Source: Octopus vulgaris (lineage: Eukaryota). Taken from it: a stretch of DNA of 64,000 nt. Positions 55,263-64,000 of this stretch are shown one piece after another. Each line of letters begins with the position of its first letter. Position 1 is the first letter of the stretch. The position numbers and the translations under genes were made by a program. Location: NCBI GenBank assembly GCA_951406725.2, contig OX597819.1, forward strand, positions 56,606,001 through 56,670,000. Reading direction: 5' to 3'. Under the pieces are notes generated by a model. The model was not told the origin of the DNA and did no database searches. It saw only the letters and a program-made list of their open reading frames with translations.

Positions 55263-55490
55263 ATGTGTTTGTGTGTCTGTGTTTGTCCCCCTAGCATTGC
55301 TTGACAACCGATGTTGGTGTTTACGTCCCCGTCACTTAGTGGTTCGGTAAAAGAGACCGATAGAATAAGTACAGGGTTTACAAAGAATAAGTCCCGGGGT
55401 CGATTTGCTCGACTAAAGTCGGTGCTCCAGCATGGCCGCAGTCAAGTGACTGAAACAAGTAAAAGAGTAAAAGAGTAAAGAGTAAAAGAG
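54773..55490 (+). mobile_element. SINE family A carrying a nested insert in its central (TA)n
   Basis: Head at 54773-54940; body and tail at 55245-55490. Confidence 0.9.
54964..55189 (+). mobile_element. Mini Penelope-like insert: 37-bp perfect inverted repeat enclosing a degenerate hammerhead
   Basis: Inverted repeat 54964-55000 / 55106-55142. Positions 55013-55054 read TATTC-TTGATAA-GTCA(CACTA)TGAC-GAAA-ACCGGT-TT-GAATA, overlapping AATAAA. Confidence 0.65.
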
Positions 55491-56277
55491 CATACAAACA
55501 TATAATCATAATCGCTTTAAGGTTCCACTAACACGGGTGGTTTTTTTTAAATGGAATATCAAAGGTTGTCAACTATGTTTAAAAAAAGCCTTCTTTTGGT
55601 AAGCCGCATCTAACCCGCCTTACGCTCGCATTATCACTTCACACTTGTTGCGGGTAGGGTCATTGCTTTCATTGAAAGACCATCTCTATACAAATTGTTG
55701 ACAGGAGCTTCCTAACGGACTAAATTTAGCTAATGCATGCCCTATAGTACTTTTTCCAGCTCTCACTGGTTAAATGAACTCTCGATGTTTGCCTGGCAAA
55801 CGCTTTATTATCTACAAGCATTTGTAGATTTTATTTGAAGTGAAGGGGTTAGTTCTCTTGAGTTAATCAACGCATTTCGATTGATTCAGTTTCTAGTCTC
55901 GCAGTTTATCAAAATATAAAAACGGAAACGATTTTCACCTCCTTACAAAGCAACTTAGCAGCAGTTTTCCACTTAGTTACCGGAAAACGCGACCATAATT
56001 CAGGTACTTATTTGAATGGTTCCTGGCAGCTTGTCATGATTCTGATTTATCTATGGTTTGCATTTTTTTTCTTTACTTAACCTCTCTCATCCTTCACTTC
56101 TCTCTCTCACTGTTTGTCAGAGAAAGTGCACTGAGGGGGTGAGCCTTCTCAGTAATAATGGGCTCATGTTTCCTTAAGCAATTTGTCAAAGATTAAATTA
56201 TGGAACATTCTTCGAGATAATTTAGAACATGTTGAGTTACGAGTAAAGAGTAAAAAAAGAGAAAGAAATTTGAATAT

Positions 56278-56528
56278 TGCAAAGGTGTACATTATAAAGA
56301 TCTACCATAACTGCGTTAGACTGTAGGTACGAGAGACATAAGAAATAGAGAGAGAGAGAGAAAGAATGAGAGAGAGTGCGTGTGTATGCACGCGCGCGTG
56401 TGAAAGAGGAAAGAGATATTTGGACAGAAAGATAGGTAATGCATCAGAACTTTTAGAATGTTTCGGAGTAACTATGCTACAAAAATGAAATCAGATGAAA
56501 AGATCGGAATTTTTATTTTCATCCAACT
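56278..56528 (+). repeat. Local duplicate, copy 1
   Basis: Highly similar to 60589-60958 apart from microsatellite length. Confidence 0.9.
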
Positions 56529-56989
56529 ACATTTTACAATGTAGCACCCTGAGTATAATATGCTTTTTAAAGCTTAGTCCGACTACGAAAGGTAAAGCTT
56601 GTGGGTGCATTCGAGGCAGCGATGACTTGTTGGGACACGATGCTCTTAGAAATATGACCCAAACCGAATGCATGTAACAATCTGGTTTCCGCTAAAGGTA
56701 CTCATTTGCTTCAGATTAAATCTACTTCTCTCGGTATCTATAAAATAATTATTACTCAATCGGTTGATTGAACCAGCTATATATGTCTTACTCATTGTTA
56801 TTAGCGGAGATGAATACATTGAAATCATTCTTTGATCCACAACTGTAGTTTGTGAAAGAGGAGGCTTTCAGAGGATTGAATCGTTTCTAGTACATAATCT
56901 GACGAAATAAAGAAGTTGTCCACAAGGGAATAAAACACAGGGCCAGAAAATATTAATAGCATCCAATAATACAAAAAAAAAACAACCCC

Positions 56990-57483
56990 TTTTAAAGACT
57001 AGCCAGGCTCATGGGCCGAGTTTTCCGGTTTCTATAGCGCATGTTTTCACCAGGTGGACGGGACGCCAGTCCATTGCAGCGTTACTCATTTTTGTCAGCT
57101 GAGTGGACTGGAGCAAGGTGAAATGAAGTGTTTTGCTCAAGAACACAACGCATCGCGTGGTCCAGGAATCGAAACTACAATCTTACGATCATGATGCTAA
57201 CACCCTAACCACTAAGCTACGCGCCTCCACAAATAAATGCGCCCATTTAAACCTAGCCAGGCTCATGGGCCCGGTTTCCCGGTTTCAATGGCGTATGTGT
57301 TCCCCAGCTGGACGGGATGCCAGTCCATCGCAGCGTTACTCCTTTTGCCAGCTGAGTGGACTGGAGCAACGTGAAATGAAGTCTTTTGCTCAAGAACACA
57401 ACGCGTCGCCCGGTCCAGGAATTGAAACCACAATCCTACGATCATGATGCTGACACCCTAACCACTAAGCCACGCGCCTCCAC
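56990..57483 (-). mobile_element. Two tandem copies of SINE family D
   Basis: Copies at 56990-57230 and 57250-57483, each with a tRNA-like head and a GCGATGGACTGGCRTCCCGTCC segment. Confidence 0.9.
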
Positions 57484-58307
57484 AATAACATCCAATAGTG
57501 TAAATTATAACATGTTTTGTCTACTGATCTTCCGTTTCCTGCTTCTCACACACCTGAAAATGAAGTGATTAATGTAGTTGTTTTTTATATTGTTCAGAGC
57601 CACACATCTTGGGCTTAGAGAAGTCGGTTGCTTCGATTCGAGAAGCGATAAAATGAAAGATGAAGACCACCCCGATGGGACTTGATTTCACTATGTAAAG
57701 GTACTCATCTAAATAGACTACCGCATTCTGTTCGTGGCACTACAAAATCCGCTGACTCACCGCAATAGAAGTCAATAGATTAATCGACAAAAATAAAAAG
57801 AGTTTTATCCTAAGCACACACAAAAAAAAATCACTTGAATTTTATAAAATTTTTCTTCAAACCTCTGGTCTTCAGTTAATAGAATAAATCAATAATTCTA
57901 GTTTTTAACTAACTTAGTTCTTTTTGCTTATTACTTCAAAAACCTACTGCAGCGTTTTTCCAAAAATATATCGCAGAACAGATTTTAAACATAAAGACAG
58001 CTTATCTAGATAAAATAAAATCGTACTATAACTCATGTTAACGTAAAATAATAAATACATAAATATTTCAGAAACTCTAACTATTATAGAACTAATTTCA
58101 AGTGAACTCCAAGAGAAAGTAAAAATGCTTAACATATTAAAATCTTTACGTAGTTAAACCTTAACATAGCTGCAACCCGTTTATCTTTTCTCCAAATATT
58201 TTTCTCTTTTTTTATATATTCATATATGATAATCTTCCTTATCACATAGTTTGAATTTGCCACGTTTTAGACATACATACATGTATACATATATATTTAT
58301 ATCTATG

Positions 58308-58376
<69 letters not shown>

Positions 58377-58447
58377 GTGTCTATATATATACCTGCATAT
58401 GTATATAAATATGTGAATTTTCCCTATATACATATATATATATCTAT

Positions 58448-58541
<94 letters not shown>

Positions 58542-58542
<1 letters not shown>

Positions 58543-58702
58543 TGGGGAGAATTCACAAGAAAACAAAAGACGAAAACAGAAGGTGTAGACAGCAAACAGA
58601 TGTATTAGTTTAACACTCGGGAAGTGAAAAAGTCTTTAACGTGTCGAGCCTACGCTTTTCTATAGAAAGGAACACGGAAAGAAACAGGGAGAGAAAATAA
58701 AG
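58542..58702 (-). mobile_element. Penelope-like pLTR fragment beside (TA)n with decayed hammerhead
   Basis: Minus strand 58669-58634 reads CTTT-CTATAGA-A-AAGC(GTAG)GCTC-GACAC-GTT-AAAG; both core boxes are mutated. Confidence 0.5.
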
Positions 58703-58708
58703 ACTATA

Positions 58709-59579
58709 CAGTTTGTGATGGGTAAATTGTCACCATTTTATATTTTTAATTTCGAGTATGCGCATTGTTTGTTTTTGATTGCTACAAAGTATAGTAAGCT
58801 CAGTTGGCCACTGTCTTGAGGAAAACAGAAACATGTCGCAATTCACTCTGCCAGAACTTTGGAAACGACATGCTGTACTGCTTCGCATTCAAGACAGGAG
58901 CTCCACCACAAACATTTCAGACTGTTTGGGTTTCAATCTAATGACAGTGCAATCTGAGGACAAGTACCGAGAGTGATAAAAATCAAACATCCAGTCAACA
59001 TCATGATGTTTGGAGTGATCACTGGTGATGGCGACGTTATGCCTCTATTCATCATCCCCTACAGCCTCAGACTTACTACAAAGGCCTACATCACGTGCCT
59101 GAAGGAGGCAGTGCAGCCCTGGGCCAAGAAGGCGGCTGCTGGAAGACCCTATACTGGCAACGGGACTCTACACCATGCCACACAAGCAGGGGAACCCAGT
59201 CATGGCTGTCAGAAAATTCCTGCGATGACATCACTTCTAATTCTGACTTCTAATTCTAACTGCCTAGACCAAAACCCGCTTCATTATTATTATGTGTGAG
59301 GTGCAATTGAGCGAGAGACAACAAAACTCTTTATAACAACACCAAAGATGAACTGAAAGTAAGTATTATAGCAGCATTCACCAACTTCAACACGGGAACC
59401 GCCCAAAGGAATTGCAGGAGATTTCGAAATCGTCTGGTTGAATCCAATGACGATTTTATCGAATAAATTTACTCTTCAGTATTTCAAGATATTTGTATTT
59501 AGTAAATATACCTGTTAAAATGTGATGTCAGTGTTATTTTCATTTTGCGTAATTTAGACTACAGCATATTCAGCGCACC

Positions 59580-59582
<3 letters not shown>
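58709..59582 (+). mobile_element. Tc1/mariner-superfamily (maT/DD37D-like) transposon relic
   Basis: ORF from 58973 KHPVNIMMFGVITGDGDVMPLFI...YITCL...GRPY. The alternative frame gives WQRDSTPCHTSRGTQSWLSEN, followed by DQNPLHYYYV. Ends are TA-CAG...CTG-TA. Confidence 0.85.
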
Positions 59583-59654
<72 letters not shown>

Positions 59655-59704
59655 TACGATTGTCATATTTTAAATATGATTTATTAACATAATATTATAC
59701 TCTT

Positions 59705-59914
59705 TTCTAATCGAAGCACAAGGCCCGAAATTTTGGGGTTGGAGGCTAGTCGATTAGATCGATCCCAGTGCGCAAATGGTACTTAGTTTGTCGACACCGA
59801 AAAGAGGAAAGGCAAAGTCGACATCGGCGGAATTTGAGCTCAGAACGTAAAAACAGACGAAACACCGCTAAGCGTTTCGCACGGCGTGCTAAAGTTTCTG
59901 CTAGTTCGCTGCCT
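59705..59914 (-). mobile_element. SINE family B
   Basis: Head and central domain on the minus strand. Confidence 0.85.
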
Positions 59915-59920
59915 TTATTA

Positions 59921-60362
59921 AAAAGGGAGATTTACGATTGACATATTTTAAATATAATTTATTAACATAATATTATATTACAATGAATATAATATGATAT
60001 AATATAATACAATATGCATAAAAATACAAATATTAATCCTGCAAATTGTTTCGATTCCTTCCCGATAATGAATTTATTAAAAAATTTATATTTATGAGTA
60101 TGAATCTCTTCAGAGAAATTTTAGACAAAATTAGACAAAATTACATGGCAGGGTTGTTAGATCGAAGAATAGACTCTATTCCTCAATTTAACACTCCTTC
60201 CATTTAATTTTATCTAATATTTCTCTGAAGCGATTCATTCTTATACATTTGAATTTTTTTCTATAAAATCATTTCTATGCATATTATATTATATATTCAT
60301 TGTAATGTAATATTATGTTAATAAATTATATTTAAAATATGTCAATCGTAAATCTCCCTTTT
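59921..60362. mobile_element. AT-rich MITE with ~100-bp TIRs
   Basis: AAAAGGGAGATTTACGATTGACATATTTTAAATATAATTTATTAACATAATATTA and its complement ending at 60362. An extra partial arm lies at 59650-59700. Confidence 0.85.
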
Positions 60363-60588
60363 CTTTTAACTTTTGTATATTGAACATATACTCTTTTGGG
60401 ATGTGAAAAGATGTTCTGTATCTTATTTGGTATTTACAGAAAAAAAAACATGGAAAATTGGATGTTTTTCCATCCCTATAAAGGAAACTCTTTTCCTTGG
60501 ATTGAAATTATATATATATATATATAATGTGTGTGTGTGTGTGTGTGTGTGTAGTAAAGAGAAAGAAGAGAGAAAGAAGTTTAAAAAC

Positions 60589-60958
60589 TGCAAAGGTGTA
60601 GATTATAAAGATCTACCACAACTGCGTTAGACTGTAGGTACGTGAAAGACATAACAAAGAGAGAGAGAGAAAGAGAGAGAGAGAGAGTGAGAGAAAGAGA
60701 GAGGGGGGACACAAAAAATGAGAGAGAGAGGGACATAAAGAATGAGAGAGAGAGAGTGTATGTATGCGTGTGTGTGTGTGTGTGTGTGTGCGTGTGGGCG
60801 TGTGTGCGTGTATCAGTGTGCATGAGTGTGTGAAAGAGGAAAGAGATATTTGGACAGAGAGATAGGTAATGCGTTAGAAATTTTAAAATGTTTCGGAGTA
60901 ACTATGCTACAAAAATTAAATCAGATGAAAAGATCGGAAAATATATTTTCATCCAACT
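60589..60958 (+). repeat. Local duplicate, copy 2
   Basis: Highly similar to 56278-56528. Confidence 0.9.
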
Positions 60959-61749
60959 TCATTGTTTAGGTAAATAATATTTCGAACAGATGGTCAGTAG
61001 CGACGCCTGCTGTGTTCGGCTATTCTGCATTGATAAAGGGCAAATACCCTGAAACATGTTTGCAGAGGCCTGACCAGCGAGGAGAAGCGACTGATCTCCC
61101 CTGTTCGAAGGTTATAATGGACACAATCAACGGCAGCTTTCGTCCTATATTTATGGACTGCTATATTAGCTTGGCGATAACTATTATATATATATATATA
61201 TATACATACACACACATACATATATGCATACAAGTTTGTATCTATCTATCTATCTATCTGTCTGTCTGTATGCATGTATCTTATTTTATTACCGATATTG
61301 TAGATTATCTGAAGAGAAACGGTAATGCGGTTTTATGAGAAAACAACAGCACAATATGCTGTAGATCTTAATGTATGTCGTACGATGTCACCATTAAAAA
61401 ACCTATCATTAGAAGTAGAGCAAACGGATTAAATTTTAAAATAAAATGATTTAAATCAATCAGTCATTTTCAATTTAATAAATTATATGATATTTTCTTG
61501 ACAGTTTTGTAATGAGTATCACATGACAATAGACATTGAAAAAAATGACAGTAGGCACACGCGTTGTACAATGACTTCCAAAAGCTGCTTTTGAGAACTG
61601 GTTGTGATATAAAATTTAACTATAGTTTATACTAGAAGTAGTTACTGGTCTATTACCGTACAGGAGTCTAGCAATCAATGCTGCATTATGTTTTGATTTC
61701 TTTTATATCTTGTAAATAGAAATGTTTGATACTCAACACTTATTCGTAT

Positions 61750-62033
61750 CTCAGACTGTCATCCATTTTTCAGTGATTTGACGTCGGCCGTGCTGGGCCG
61801 AAGCCTTGAAGAAATTAGTTGAGCAAATTATCTGTGATACTTACTATTAAGCCTGGTGCTTATTCTATCGGTCATTCTGCCTGAAGTGCTTGGTTACGGG
61901 TACGTAAAGCAATACCAGTTTTCAAGCGGCGTGCGGGGAAAGAAACATAAAGACACACGCACACACGCACACACATACACACACATGTACACACACAGCC
62001 ACAAGTACACACTATCATACACACATATACACA

Positions 62034-62070
<37 letters not shown>

Positions 62071-62215
62071 ACAGATATATACATCGGGCTTGTACACACT
62101 TTTCGAATGTCGGATCAACCCGGACCTATAGTAGACGATATTTGCCCAAGATGATATGTGGGACTGATCCTGGAACCATATGGTAGCATAGCAAGCTTCT
62201 TAAGCATACAGTTGT
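61750..62215 (-). mobile_element. SINE family A, old and degenerate
   Basis: Recognisable tail (TTTCAGTGATTTGAC..GGCC.TGCTGG) and head (TGCCCAAGATG...GGGACTGA..GGAACCAT). Confidence 0.7.
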
Positions 62216-62559
62216 GCTTATAACTGTGAACCATGCCTACGCCTATAGCTATGCCTGTGACTTAAGAACAGAATGCAGAAACAGTGTCTGAATATAATGG
62301 TATCAACTCCATTCAAACCCCTTATGCTTTACAGGAAGTAATTAAGGAAATTGTGCTCCTTTGAACGCAAGCAATTACACTATAATTGCTTTTTTGGGCA
62401 AACTTTTTCGAAAAACGGTCTCAATCTCAAGCTTCCCGTATTGCTAAAATAAGCCAAGGTAATCTTTCATTAGGGCGTTCAATTCAGGAAACCCCGCTCA
62501 CCGGAACTTGCCCCCATGACAGGATTGCAGTATCTATTTTTAACCCATGATGGAGAAGA

Positions 62560-63300
62560 GAAACTCTTGGCTCCTCGATTTAAAAATAGAAACCCATGAA
62601 TATTTTTATTCCGATGAATATTTTGATACCAGTCTTTCCATAACCGTTTTGATCAATATTCGTTCCATCTTCGCTCTACAGCGAAGTAATTTAAGTTCTG
62701 TAAATTCTATGTGAAGCATAGCTGGCTATAGAGTTATGATTTACCTACAGACCTTACGCGAGTTTTATATTCATTGGCGACCATGAGGAGCTTGTTATAC
62801 ATACATTGAAGACAATCTTAAAGCTCTCGCTGTAAAGTTTAAATCTCGACTTCATAAAGAAAATTCTATAAATGTCGTGAAGACATGTTGATTTTGAAAT
62901 GCCTGTTTGCTGATAGCTTGAAGCTAAACGCATATACTCCTATCTCATGTCATACTTGTCCTGAAAGTGTTTCTTACTGTCAGTAAAATAGGATCCTATG
63001 TACTTGTAGTAACTGACTTCCTTAAGATGTGAGTAAATAAGATGAAAGCTTTCATACGTATACATTGTTATGTCCTGAATCTTACTCCCATCTGGAGACT
63101 GATTTTGACTCCGTATTCTCAAGTCTTGTGCATCAACAATACAGGAGCAGTTACGGTAAGATCTTCCACGTTGTCAAAACTAGAGAGTTAAAGTATTTGC
63201 TGAAGTTTTCGCTAGTTTTAGTTGATGGTAACACTTTGCTGATCACTACTATCATACAGGACAGCAAGCAACATTATTTGATATATTTTGAAAGCTTCTA
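62560..63300 (-). pseudogene. Possible class C GPCR-like VFT relic (C-terminal part of domain)
   Basis: Minus strand: ACCPV...AKCYHQL, SPDG...YTY, YYKYIGSY (ORF 62940-63122), SKSTC, and later NGYGKTGIKIF. Confidence 0.28.
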
Positions 63301-63766
63301 ACATTGATATTAACACATGTACATTGAATGACCCTAAGGGCCTACGAAAGCTAATGGTGGCAGGGCACGCATTGAACTAAATATTTAGCACTGAAACACA
63401 AATATAATATATTTTATTCGATTAACAGCTGATGAGGGAATTCCTGGAGAATTGTTACATTGTTAAATGTTTTTTCGCTTTCTTGCTAATGACTCTACCC
63501 ATGAGCAGAATTCTCATGTACTATATACAAATATGTATGTATATATGTAGGCATGCATTATGTATGTATGTATGTATGTATGTATGTATGTATGTATGTA
63601 TGTATGTATGTATGTATGTATGAATGTATGTATGTATATATGTACGTACGTACTTATGTATTTATGTATGTATGCATGTATCTATCTACCTTCTATCTAT
63701 CTATACACACATACACACGCAATGCACATATATATATTCGTTTGTTTGTGTGTATATATGTATGCA

Positions 63767-63819
<53 letters not shown>

Positions 63820-64000
63820 TTGTATGCGTGTATGTGTGCCTGCGCGTGTCTGTGAAAGTATGTATGTACATATATATGTGTCTATGTATTTTCGTATATA
63901 TGAATGAATGTATCTATGTATATATTCGGAAACACATCTATAGAAGATCTCAAAAGAAGTATTGAGCCACATTAAGAACTAATGTTTAATAGTTACATCA

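Noticed and set aside
55560-56065. Peptides INQNHDKLPG (minus) and LLTK...IIQVLI (plus) reminiscent of class C GPCRs
   Set aside because: They are isolated, lie on opposite strands and have the wrong spacing, which is not enough to call.
60596-60628. DYKD peptide resembling a FLAG tag
   Set aside because: Four-residue coincidence with no DDDDK and no vector context.

Overview
AT-rich, microsatellite-saturated eukaryotic DNA. The SINE families and (TA)n/(CA)n/(TATG)n load suggest an octopus genome (inference). I found no intact protein-coding gene, tRNA, rRNA or CRISPR array, and almost all ORFs in the track are microsatellite read-throughs. Supportable content: four tRNA-derived SINE families, two mariner deletion derivatives, one Tc1/mariner (maT/DD37D-like) relic, R4/Dong-like and CR1/L2-like LINE 3' ends, and several MITE/foldback elements. 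Two signals stand out. (1) Short Penelope-like inserts sit mostly in (TA)n tracts and carry hammerhead-ribozyme motifs with palindromic stem III. They include a young 2.5-kb element with a perfect 176-bp inverted repeat and a near-canonical type I hammerhead in each arm. (2) The apparently unique DNA at about 16.4-23 kb and 44.7-46.1 kb, and possibly 31.4-31.7 kb and 62.5-63.3 kb, reads across frameshifts as heavily decayed class C GPCR-like sequence with tandem Venus-flytrap (ANF_receptor) domains. All protein-family calls are by-eye motif recognition and need HMM or tBLASTn confirmation.
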